Below are positions 19,519 through 27,473 of a DNA stretch of 39,144 nt, piece by piece (positions within the stretch are counted from its first letter, which is position 1; each line of letters starts with the position of its first letter). Origin of the DNA: Nitrospirota bacterium. GTDB taxonomy: Bacteria; Nitrospirota; Thermodesulfovibrionia; Thermodesulfovibrionales; Dissulfurispiraceae. The position numbers were made by a program, and so were the translations under genes. The DNA lies in NCBI GenBank assembly GCA_040754455.1, contig JBFMCP010000031.1:1-39144 (forward strand), read 5' to 3'. Under the pieces are notes generated by a model. It saw only the letters and a program-made list of their open reading frames with translations. It had not been told where the DNA came from and made no database searches.

Positions 19519-20736
19519 ATGAAACTTATTAAAGGCACCCGCATAGCGCTCAAAACATTGTTCAGCCATAAGCTGAGGACCGCCCTCGCAGCATTGGGTA
19601 TTGTCATCGGTGTCTGCTCGGTGATCGTCATGGTCGCCATCGGCGAAGGGGCACAACAACAGGTGCTCTCAAAAATCCAGGCCATGGGTACCGACCTCGT
19701 CATGGTCACCGCAGGACAGGTGAAGATCATTGCCGGCAGGCCACGCCAGACCGGGAATGTCACGACGCTCACCTTACGCGATCTTAAAGCGATCGAAGAG
19801 GAAGCGCACCACATCAAGGCAGCCGCTCCTGCCCAGAGCAGAAAGCTCTTGGTCAAATATGATGTGCTCAGCACCTCGACAACGATCACCGGCACCACCG
19901 AGGCGATCCTCCCGATACGAACACTTTCTATAGAAAGAGGAAGGTTTTTCAGCGATGACGAGAACAGGACCATGCAGCGGGTAGCGATAATCGGAACGAC
20001 GGTTGCAAAAAATCTCTTCGAGAACAGAAATCCCGTCGGTGAGGTCATCCGCATCGGAAAGGTCTCTTTCGAGGTAATCGGTGTCCTCGGAGAAAAAGGG
20101 ACTGACCTCGTCGGAACCGATCAGGACGATGTCATTTATATTCCGGTCAATACGGCATTACGAAGACTATTCAATCTCACTTACATTAATAACATCTATG
20201 TGCAGGCAAAAGATTCCGGTCACATCGAAAAAGCCGCTGCTGAAGTAACGGAACTGCTGCGTGAGAGACACCGTCTGCGCAACAAGGCCGATGACTTCAC
20301 TATCCAGAGCCAGACCGAAATCCTGAAGACCGAGAAAGAGACATCGCAGACCTTCACCAATCTCCTGAGTGCTGTTGCCGCGGTATCGCTGCTTGTCGGC
20401 GGTGTCGGAATCCTCGCCATCATGCTCATCTCGATCAAGGAACGGACGCGCGAGATCGGCGTACGGCGTGCTGTGGGCGCTTTGCGAAGAGACCTCCTGC
20501 TTCAGTTCATTATAGAATCCTTGACGCTCAGCGTGAGCGGTGGGATTGTGGGTGTTATTCTGGGAGCACTCATATCCTTCGGCACTTCCTATTTCACCAA
20601 ATGGCCCATGAGCCTGTCACTTCCCGCCATAGCAGTCGCCTTTCTCTTTTCAGCTCTCATCGGCATCATCTTCGGCGTCTACCCCGCGGCAAAAGCCGCC
20701 CGCATCGATCCCATCGAGGCACTACGTTCTGAATAA
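19519..20736 (+). CDS. ABC permease, MacB/FtsX type
   Basis: RTALAALGIVIG, ERTREIGVRRAVGA, YPAAKAARIDPIEALR. Confidence 0.93.
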   Translation: MKLIKGTRIALKTLFSHKLRTALAALGIVIGVCSVIVMVAIGEGAQQQVLSKIQAMGTDLVMVTAGQVKIIAGRPRQTGNVTTLTLRDLKAIEEEAHHIKAAAPAQSRKLLVKYDVLSTSTTITGTTEAILPIRTLSIERGRFFSDDENRTMQRVAIIGTTVAKNLFENRNPVGEVIRIGKVSFEVIGVLGEKGTDLVGTDQDDVIYIPVNTALRRLFNLTYINNIYVQAKDSGHIEKAAAEVTELLRERHRLRNKADDFTIQSQTEILKTEKETSQTFTNLLSAVAAVSLLVGGVGILAIMLISIKERTREIGVRRAVGALRRDLLLQFIIESLTLSVSGGIVGVILGALISFGTSYFTKWPMSLSLPAIAVAFLFSALIGIIFGVYPAAKAARIDPIEALRSE

Positions 20737-20757
20737 TGCTACAGCTCGGGGCCTGCG

Positions 20758-20890
20758 TGGTAAATGCAAGGAGGGGATGCTCCAGGGAACTTTCTCACAC
20801 GCATTTATTGTAGCCGGATATGCCTCTCTCGTCAGTAACAAAGGTGCTATCAAGCTCCTTTCCGCACCCCTCCTTGCATCTGATTTACCA
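20758..20890. repeat. Long-range inverted repeat
   Basis: ATGCAAGGAGGGG (20764-20776) / CCCCTCCTTGCAT (20867-20879) plus outer TGGTAAAT / ATTTACCA. Confidence 0.7.
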
Positions 20891-21060
20891 TAACTGAACT
20901 TCAAAATATTATTTTGTTGTAAAACGTAACTATGATATTTTTGAAAGTGGAAAAAATGGATAGGTAAAAATTACTCACATAGGGTGATAAGATACATTCC
21001 CCCCCTTGCTTTCACTTGACCATTCTTATTTATTTCAGCCACTTAGCCTCTAGAAACCGT

Positions 21061-21078
21061 CTGGCATACAAAATGCAA
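21061..21078 (+). promoter_or_regulatory. Sigma54 (-24/-12) promoter
   Basis: CTGGCATACAAAATGCAA with GG-N10-GC. IHF-like TTTCAGCCACTTA at 21033-21045 and a dyad at 20961-20977. Confidence 0.7.
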
Positions 21079-21205
21079 TTTAACAATTAAAGATTCTCGG
21101 CTTTTTTACGAAATTAAAAGCAAAATATATGGTGGAGGACACAATGTACAAACAGCATTAACTGCAGTTCAAGGAGGGACCTGTAACGGGGCAGGTCAAA
21201 TACGT

Positions 21206-21607
21206 ATGGCATACGAAGCGGTTGTAGACAGGGCGACTAAAAAATGGTGGAAAGAGCTTGAGCAGTACAAGAAAGAGAACTGGTGCTGTGCAACGCTCAA
21301 AGAAAGTGCCTTTGAAGAATACCTTAAGTTAGAGTTCGATCCTCTCCTTCCGGTACGGTTCAGTGTCAATTACTGCTGCCAGTGCGGCAGTCCGATGAAA
21401 GACGACTATGAAAGAAATGAAGACGAGAAAGAAGACTGGTGCTGCAGACTCATGCGCGGCATTGGGTTCGAATGGATCGAATTCAAATCGGCAAACAACG
21501 AAATCAGCACCATGCGCGTCAATCACTGTCTCCATTGCGGGAGGAAATTAAGAAATAATCTGAAAATAAAAGTCCATAGCTGTGATAAGGAAGATACGTG
21601 CTGTTAG
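21206..21607 (+). CDS. Cys-rich hypothetical protein with two internal repeats
   Basis: WCC...VNYCCQCG and WCC...VNHCLHCG, ends CDKEDTCC. Confidence 0.8.
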   Translation: MAYEAVVDRATKKWWKELEQYKKENWCCATLKESAFEEYLKLEFDPLLPVRFSVNYCCQCGSPMKDDYERNEDEKEDWCCRLMRGIGFEWIEFKSANNEISTMRVNHCLHCGRKLRNNLKIKVHSCDKEDTCC

Positions 21608-21791
21608 CCTGACCCCTTTTTTGAACGGCCTCGGCTGACAGCATCCTTTCTGCTGTTACGCTGTTTCCTTCATTTCTCCGCCAACTTTCCTCTTCCATGC
21701 TCATCTGAAGTTTGCAGCTCTTCCCCATGATATAATTGTGCTGAGCACGATGCCGATTGTAAGCTCATGAATGCTTTTGGGAGTGCTATCA

Positions 21792-22001
21792 ATGAAAGAG
21801 TTTAAGTTAGAAAACAATGAATTCATCGAATTGGACAAGCTCTTGAAAGTCACCGGGCTGTCAGAGAGCGGAGGTATGGCAAAGGCGCTCATCGCCGAAG
21901 GCCGCGTCAAGGTTGATGGTGCTGTGGAACTGCGTAAACGCTGCAAGATACGTAAAGGGCAGGCTGTTGAGTTCGAGGGATATAAAATTATCGTTACTTA
22001 G
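21792..22001 (+). CDS. S4-domain RNA-binding protein (YaaA/YbcJ family)
   Basis: EFIELDKLLKVTGLSESGGMAKALIAEGRVKVDG...RKRCKIR. Confidence 0.9.
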   Translation: MKEFKLENNEFIELDKLLKVTGLSESGGMAKALIAEGRVKVDGAVELRKRCKIRKGQAVEFEGYKIIVT

Positions 22002-22042
22002 TCGATACAGCACGTTTTCAAGCTATTTACCCGGAAAGAGTG

Positions 22043-22089
22043 AGGTGTAATACTCTCATCCCTCAGGTGAGGATAAGAGCATTACACCT
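22043..22089. repeat. Long imperfect palindrome between convergent genes
   Basis: AGGTGTAATACTCTCATCC / GGATAAGAGCATTACACCT, 17 of 19 complementary. Confidence 0.7.
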
Positions 22090-22104
22090 ACATGAGGGTC
22101 TCTG

Positions 22105-22680
22105 CTAAAACTTCACTGCCGGTGCTTCACGCTCTGTTGCCGGGGGCTCGAAATACTTTGCCTCGCCGACACCGGCCAGTGCGGCAATGAATCTTCCCAT
22201 AAAGCTTCTGCGATAAGCGTTCAAGGTCTGGACCGCATCGTTATACCGTTTTCTCTCTACCGCGATCCTGTTCTCTGTACCTTCGAGACTGTCCTGGAGT
22301 TTAAGGAATGACTCATTAGCCTTTAGTTGGGGATAGGTCTCCCTCAGCACCAGAAGACGGGAAAGAACTCCTTCCAATTGCTGGGACGCAGCGATCTTGT
22401 CGGCAGGTGTCTTGGCCTGGAAGTATTGCGTCCTTGCCTGCGCGATGTTTTCAAAGATTTCTTTTTCGTGCTTTGCATATCCCTTCACCGTTTCGACCAG
22501 ATTCGGTATCAGGTCATACCGCCGCTTCAGCTGGTTATCCACCTGCGCCCATTGCGCCTTCACCCGTTCGTCCATGGCAATGACCTTGTTGTACTGCCCG
22601 ATGATCCATCCTCCGAACAGCACTCCAACCACTACAATAACGCCAACGATAACGAGTACTACCTTGAGTCCCTGACTCAT
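22105..22680 (-). CDS. lemA: LemA family protein
   Basis: WAQVDNQLKRRYDLIPNLVETVKGYA, YPQLKAN, LEGTENRIAVERKRYN. Confidence 0.95.
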   Translation of the reverse strand: MSQGLKVVLVIVGVIVVVGVLFGGWIIGQYNKVIAMDERVKAQWAQVDNQLKRRYDLIPNLVETVKGYAKHEKEIFENIAQARTQYFQAKTPADKIAASQQLEGVLSRLLVLRETYPQLKANESFLKLQDSLEGTENRIAVERKRYNDAVQTLNAYRRSFMGRFIAALAGVGEAKYFEPPATEREAPAVKF

Positions 22681-22701
22681 AGCAACCACCTCCCTAAAAA
22701 C

Positions 22702-22810
22702 AAATTCTAAGCACTAATATCTACCCTTTAAACAAATTCTGAACCAGAATGCTCGGACTATTTTAATTTTTGTCGTTTAATATTGTTTAGGATTTAGTGC
22801 TTCGGATTTA
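22702..22810. repeat. Heptamer-built palindromic intergenic element (AAATCCG type)
   Basis: AAATTCT AAGCACT AATATCT ... AGGATTT AGTGCTT CGGATTT. Confidence 0.75.
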
Positions 22811-22812
22811 AA

Positions 22813-23658
22813 CTACCAGTTTCCCGACGCACCGCCGCCGCCGAAGCCGCCTCCCCCGCCGCCGCCAAAACCGCCACCGAATCCCCCGCCACCGAATCCT
22901 CCACCACCATACCAGCCCCCTCCTCTTCTGCCGGATGAGAGAAAGAGCAGGAGGAAAAGCCCAGGATGCTTGATAAAAAGAATAATCAGTGCGACGAGAG
23001 CGATAACGAGCAGCAGTCCCTGTAACGGACCGATTTTATACGCCTTCCTTCCATACCCTCGTTCCACTCTGGGCATTCCGGTTATTTCTACCCCCTCATG
23101 AGTGGCGATGGTATTTATAATGACCAGCGTCGCAGTGATCACACCTCTGCTGTAATCGCCTTTCCTGAAATAGGGAACGATATATCCCCTTCCGATGGAA
23201 CCCACCAAACTGTCCGGAAGAATGCTTTCGAGGCCGTATCCCACCTCGATGCGATACCTCCTGTCCTTGAGGGCAACGGTCATGAGGACACCGTTATCTT
23301 TTCCCTTCTGACCGAGTTCCCATTTTTCAGCCATCGTTATGGAAAACCCCTCGATATCCTCTCCATCGAGACTATCAATCGTTAATATGACGAATTGGGC
23401 AGTAGTCTTTTGCTCCAGTTCTCTCAAATAACCGTTCAACTGCGCCTCAGCGTTATCATTAATTATATTCGCCAGATCGACTACATAGTTAGAGGGAACC
23501 GCAGGCGGCTCGGGAGTCGCAGCAAAGGCAAGTGAGAAGCAAGAAATAAGAAGCAAAAGGCAAAAAGTCAGAAATAAAACCTCCTTACTTCCCACTTCAC
23601 ATTTCTTGCTTCCTACTTTGTCGAATTTGTTAAGGCTGGAGCTGCTCAATGATGGCAC
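22813..23658 (-). CDS. TPM-domain (YgcG-like) protein with Gly-rich tail
   Basis: YVVDLANII, WELGQKGKDNGVL, RIEVGYGLE, GGGFGGGGASGNW; start uncertain. Confidence 0.92.
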   Translation of the reverse strand: MPSLSSSSLNKFDKVGSKKCEVGSKEVLFLTFCLLLLISCFSLAFAATPEPPAVPSNYVVDLANIINDNAEAQLNGYLRELEQKTTAQFVILTIDSLDGEDIEGFSITMAEKWELGQKGKDNGVLMTVALKDRRYRIEVGYGLESILPDSLVGSIGRGYIVPYFRKGDYSRGVITATLVIINTIATHEGVEITGMPRVERGYGRKAYKIGPLQGLLLVIALVALIILFIKHPGLFLLLFLSSGRRGGGWYGGGGFGGGGFGGGFGGGGGGGFGGGGASGNW

Positions 23659-24376
23659 CTATTCTCTCCGTGGCGCTGTAGTAGTGCTCAAAGGAGGTGG
23701 AGATGTCCTCTTTGGAAAGGGTGATTTTCTTCTGTTTCAGCATGAGCATCTTCTTAAAAATGTCCGTTTCCACATCGGCGATCTCACAGAGCTTATCGAT
23801 GACCTCATATTTCGGGATAGGAGGCTCTTTTCCCAGCAGATAAATGATAGCCCTGAAGAGGGGCATGTATTCTGTAATGGACAGCGAAAGCTTTTCGACA
23901 AGGAGATGTTTGTTTTCAAGCGTTGCGACATAGCCCTGTCTGAGACCGACCAGTTTCGTCTTTACCTCACGCTCGCACTGGAGTCGCAGGTGCCGTTTGT
24001 CGATCACCAGCCCCCTCAAGAGATCCTCACCATATACCGTCTCATGGATCAGGCGCAGATCGAAAAACTCTATCGGAAACACATCGAGGGAGCTCTGTAT
24101 ATAGAAGGAAGTCATGATCAGAGGCGCAGCGATATTTTTCTTTTTGTATTTGCTCCCGATGGACGCCAAGAATCTCAGGAAAGCGAAATCCATCTCTTTA
24201 AGCACGATAAGTGAATTGATGTCGGAAATCTTTTCCTGATAGTCAGGCGTTATAGCGCTTCCGGCAAGGTGCAGTGAGTGGATATTATTGCTGTAGTGTT
24301 TCAGCACCTCTTCAAAAAAAGGGGTGATCCGTGCTGCAACGGCCGGTCTGATAGCGGTAAGCTGTAGGGTCTTCAT
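23630..24376 (-). CDS. Nucleotidyltransferase-fold protein of the lemA/TPM cluster
   Basis: GSA...SDIN motif, SLDVFPIEF, LRLQCERE. Confidence 0.75.
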   Translation of the reverse strand: MKTLQLTAIRPAVAARITPFFEEVLKHYSNNIHSLHLAGSAITPDYQEKISDINSLIVLKEMDFAFLRFLASIGSKYKKKNIAAPLIMTSFYIQSSLDVFPIEFFDLRLIHETVYGEDLLRGLVIDKRHLRLQCEREVKTKLVGLRQGYVATLENKHLLVEKLSLSITEYMPLFRAIIYLLGKEPPIPKYEVIDKLCEIADVETDIFKKMLMLKQKKITLSKEDISTSFEHYYSATERIGAIIEQLQP

Positions 24377-24551
24377 TGCAAAATTATACCATAATTCACT
24401 TTCCCAACTATATATTTTCTAAGGTTTTTCCCCTCTCCCGCCAGTTTGCTGCGCTTCGCGAAGGACTACATAACTATATATTTCGTGACCACGGTCACAC
24501 CGGGTAGTTGCAACCTGAGATAGACTGGAAGTGCCAAGCACCACCTCATGC

Positions 24552-24584
24552 GCCGGAGAGCCTCCACTCCGGCCATTTTTTTTT
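24552..24584 (+). terminator. Intrinsic terminator with no annotated upstream + strand gene
   Basis: GCCGGAG / CTCCGGC stem followed by CA and T9. Confidence 0.65.
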
Positions 24585-24671
24585 CGCTCAACATACTCTC
24601 TTCCGGTGAACAGTTGGAAGCCGGTCAAAAACTGCCTGCCACGGGAGCATCAACTCTTCTAAAGTTTTAAC

Positions 24672-24717
24672 TTGACATTGCGTCCGCGATCGCGCATAAT
24701 GTGCATATGCACATTAT
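24672..24717 (+). promoter_or_regulatory. Sigma70 promoter with overlapping 22-bp palindromic operator
   Basis: TTGACA-N17-CATAAT; ATAATGTGCATATGCACATTAT at 24696-24717. Confidence 0.85.
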
Positions 24718-24733
24718 CAAAGGAGGTATCTTT

Positions 24734-25114
24734 ATGAAAGTATGTTTCCCCGTGCAGAAGGATGAGGGATTGGAAAGCACAATATACAACCATTTCGGCT
24801 CGGCGCCGATGTTCGTAGTTGTCGATATGGAGACAGGCGAGGCATCGACGATTGCCAACAGAGACCAGCACCATGTGCACGGTGCATGCAATCCGATCAA
24901 GGCACTCGATAATCAGAAGGTCGATGCAATCGTGGTCGGCGGCATCGGCGGGGGTGCCTTAAGCAGACTGAATCAGCTCGGCATCAGGGTATATCGCGCC
25001 GATGCGTCAAGCATACGCGAGAACATAGCGAGATTTCAGGCAAAGGAGTTGCGTGAATACTCAGTGCAGCAGTGCTGCGGCGGACACACTCACGGTGGGG
25101 GGTGCGCACACTGA
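24734..25114 (+). CDS. NifB/NifX-family (FeMo-co binding fold) protein
   Basis: HFGSAPMF, HHVHGAC, GGIGGGA, tail CCGGHTHGGGCAH; AGGAGG. Confidence 0.88.
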   Translation: MKVCFPVQKDEGLESTIYNHFGSAPMFVVVDMETGEASTIANRDQHHVHGACNPIKALDNQKVDAIVVGGIGGGALSRLNQLGIRVYRADASSIRENIARFQAKELREYSVQQCCGGHTHGGGCAH

Positions 25115-25160
25115 AGCCCTCTCCTTGAGTGGCAACCGACAGTCCATACCGGAGGAAATT

Positions 25161-25571
25161 ATGGATCACGCTAATCTATACAGAGCAGAGACAGCCAAGT
25201 CGTTGAAGCAGTTTATAACCGACCTTGACAAGGCCGCAAAGAAACGAGGGTTCATCATCCATAACGAGGATAAGATGGAAATGGCCCACTCCTTCGGGAA
25301 GCACGGTGTGGAGGTCGCCGAGGGATTCGATCTCCATATGATACAGATCTGCAAGCCAGAAAAGGCGGCCACGAGCCTCACGAAGAACCCCGAACGAGCA
25401 GTCCTCATGCCGAAATTCGTTATGACCTTCAGCAAGAACGGCGCAACCCAGATACGGTTTCTGAGCTACACCAAAGATATGATAGCGAAGATAGTGGACG
25501 ACAAGGAGTTCCCCGACTCGCTTGAAGAGACGTATAAGAATATCATTGCAATGATCGAGGAAGCGAAATAG
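25161..25571 (+). CDS. DUF302-family protein
   Basis: GFIIH...F.KHGV...IQICKPEKA..L..NP pattern; GGAGGA. Confidence 0.7.
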   Translation: MDHANLYRAETAKSLKQFITDLDKAAKKRGFIIHNEDKMEMAHSFGKHGVEVAEGFDLHMIQICKPEKAATSLTKNPERAVLMPKFVMTFSKNGATQIRFLSYTKDMIAKIVDDKEFPDSLEETYKNIIAMIEEAK

Positions 25572-25676
25572 CGTCCTCCCCCGCGGCCGGGATAGTGGCT
25601 ATGGTGAACCCTCCTTTCCCATAATAACATCACGGCCACTATCCCGATGCACAACAAAAACGTAGAGGTGATCACT

Positions 25677-26669
25677 ATGTGGAAGTTACTTTCAACAATA
25701 AGTAAGAACCTTGTCGTAGCTATCCCCTCGATGATGCTCCTCGGATTTTTTTTCGGCCTCTCTACCGAGAGCGGTTTCCTTAAAAATCTTATCATCCCTT
25801 TCACGTTCCTGATGGTCTACCCCATGATGGTGACCCTCAAGATCAAAAAGGTATTCGAGGGCGGCGATGCCAGGGCGCAACTCTATACCCAGATCATTAA
25901 CTTTGCCATCATACCGTTCATCGCCTTCGGCATCGGCAAGATATTCTTTCCTGACAAACCCTACATGGCGCTCGGCCTGCTTCTCGCTGCCCTTGTCCCG
26001 ACGAGCGGCATGACCATATCGTGGACCGGCTTTGCAAAGGGCAATCTTGAAGCAGCAGTCAAAATGACCGTTATCGGCCTCACGCTCGGCTCATTGGCAA
26101 CGCCGTTTTATGTTCAGTACCTCATGGGCGCGCATGTTTCGGTCGATATCGTCAACATCATGAAGCAGATTGTCTTCATCGTCTTCATTCCGATGGCGGC
26201 AGGCTACGTAACACAGCAGTCGCTTGTCAAGAAGTATGGACAAAAAGGTTTCCAGGAGAAGTGGGCCCCGCGGTTTCCCGCACTCTCAACGCTCGGCGTT
26301 TTGGGCATCGTATTCATCGCCATAGCGCTGAAGGCAAAGGCAATCGCCGGTGCGCCGCAGCTCTTACTGTATATATTCATGCCGCTCCTCTCCCTCTACG
26401 GCATCAATTATCTGATAAGCACGATGACGGGAAAGCTCTTGCTTCCACGAGGCGATGCCATAGCCCTCGTCTATGGAACAGTAATGAGGAATCTCTCAAT
26501 CGCCCTCGCGGTTGCCATTAATGCCTTTGGCGCAGCGGGTTCTGATGCGGCACTTGTCATTTCCCTGGCCTATATCATTCAGGTGCAGTCCGCAGCATGG
26601 TATGTAAAGCTTACCACTAAAGTATTCGGCGTCCGGCCGTCGATTATCGTAGAACCCAAAAGCTCATGA
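25677..26669 (+). CDS. BART-superfamily transporter (ACR3 / bile acid:Na+ symporter-like)
   Basis: LMVYPMM, INFAIIP, PTSGMTISWTGFAKGN, RNLSIALA; about 10 TM. Confidence 0.85.
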   Translation: MWKLLSTISKNLVVAIPSMMLLGFFFGLSTESGFLKNLIIPFTFLMVYPMMVTLKIKKVFEGGDARAQLYTQIINFAIIPFIAFGIGKIFFPDKPYMALGLLLAALVPTSGMTISWTGFAKGNLEAAVKMTVIGLTLGSLATPFYVQYLMGAHVSVDIVNIMKQIVFIVFIPMAAGYVTQQSLVKKYGQKGFQEKWAPRFPALSTLGVLGIVFIAIALKAKAIAGAPQLLLYIFMPLLSLYGINYLISTMTGKLLLPRGDAIALVYGTVMRNLSIALAVAINAFGAAGSDAALVISLAYIIQVQSAAWYVKLTTKVFGVRPSIIVEPKSS

Positions 26670-26683
26670 AAGGAGGTGGGATG

Positions 26684-27064
26684 ATGATGAGGTTTACGGC
26701 AGCGGTACTGTCTGCTCTGTTTGGTTTGGTACTGTACATTTCGCCGGTTTCTGCCGCTGATTACAGCGCCCTGTCAACCGAAGAACTGGCCAACATGAGA
26801 GGCACGCTACGGAATGCAACGGAAGAGGAAAGAAAGGCATTCCAGAACGAATGGCAGAAAAGAACTCAAAGCATGACGCAGGAGGAAAGGCAAAAATATC
26901 TGGGAAAGCCTGAAGGCGCAGGTCAGGGCGCTATGATGCAGAACCGTGAGATGATGCAGGAGAGAATGAAAGAGAGAATTCAGAAAAGGGATATGCTGCC
27001 CCAGAGAGGAAACGGAATGGGCAGCGGGAGCATGGGTTCAGGCAGAGGAGGCGGGAGAAGGTAG
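26684..27064 (+). CDS. Exported DUF1104-like protein
   Basis: Signal peptide, ADYSALSTEELANMRGT...F..EWQKR...MTQEERQKY, Met/Gly tail. Confidence 0.7.
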   Translation: MMRFTAAVLSALFGLVLYISPVSAADYSALSTEELANMRGTLRNATEEERKAFQNEWQKRTQSMTQEERQKYLGKPEGAGQGAMMQNREMMQERMKERIQKRDMLPQRGNGMGSGSMGSGRGGGRR

Positions 27065-27075
27065 AGCCAACCTAC

Positions 27076-27106
27076 AGCCCTGCTCCGGCTCGGAGCAGGG
27101 CTTTTT
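27076..27106 (+). terminator. Intrinsic terminator
   Basis: AGCCCTGCTCCG / CGGAGCAGGGCT followed by T tract. Confidence 0.85.
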
Positions 27107-27167
27107 GAAAAAGGGACTACATGGATTGTATTTTTAACGAAACTGGAGAAAAATATTAAAATACTGC

Positions 27168-27473
27168 ATGTCACCGCGCTATAAGAAACCGAGAAAATGT
27201 CAATGCCCCTTCAAAGATCATCAGGGACCTATCTACAAGCCGATAGGGATGCCCATGAGCGAGCTGAAACAGGTCACGATCTACCGTGACGAGCTCGAAG
27301 CTATGAGGCTCTGCGATCTCAAGGATTTTACTCAGGAGGAAGCAGGCGCAAAAATGGGGGTGTCCCGCGGGACCGTACAGCGACTCCTCGCGAGCGCCAG
27401 GAAAAAAGTCATCAAGGCGATCACAGAGTGCAAAGCGCTGGTCTTCGAAAAAGAATTAAACGCCAAGCCCTAA
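27168..27473 (+). CDS. DUF134 (UPF0251) helix-turn-helix protein
   Basis: PRYKKPRKC, YKPIG, DELEAMRLCD, TQEEAGAKMGVSRGTVQRLLASARKK. Confidence 0.9.
   Translation: MSPRYKKPRKCQCPFKDHQGPIYKPIGMPMSELKQVTIYRDELEAMRLCDLKDFTQEEAGAKMGVSRGTVQRLLASARKKVIKAITECKALVFEKELNAKP

Noticed and set aside
24500..24545. SAM-I riboswitch (GCAACC...GTGCCAA)
   Set aside because: The 5' ATC..GAG and kink-turn elements are absent.
24734..25114. Nitrogen fixation locus (NifX-like plus PII)
   Set aside because: No nif structural genes; both families have non-nif members that fit these contexts.
25112..25175. Selenocysteine read-through of the NifX-like TGA stop, prompted by selC
   Set aside because: Protein ends at a natural His/Cys tail and the extension is short with no recognisable SECIS; no other Sec candidate was noticed.
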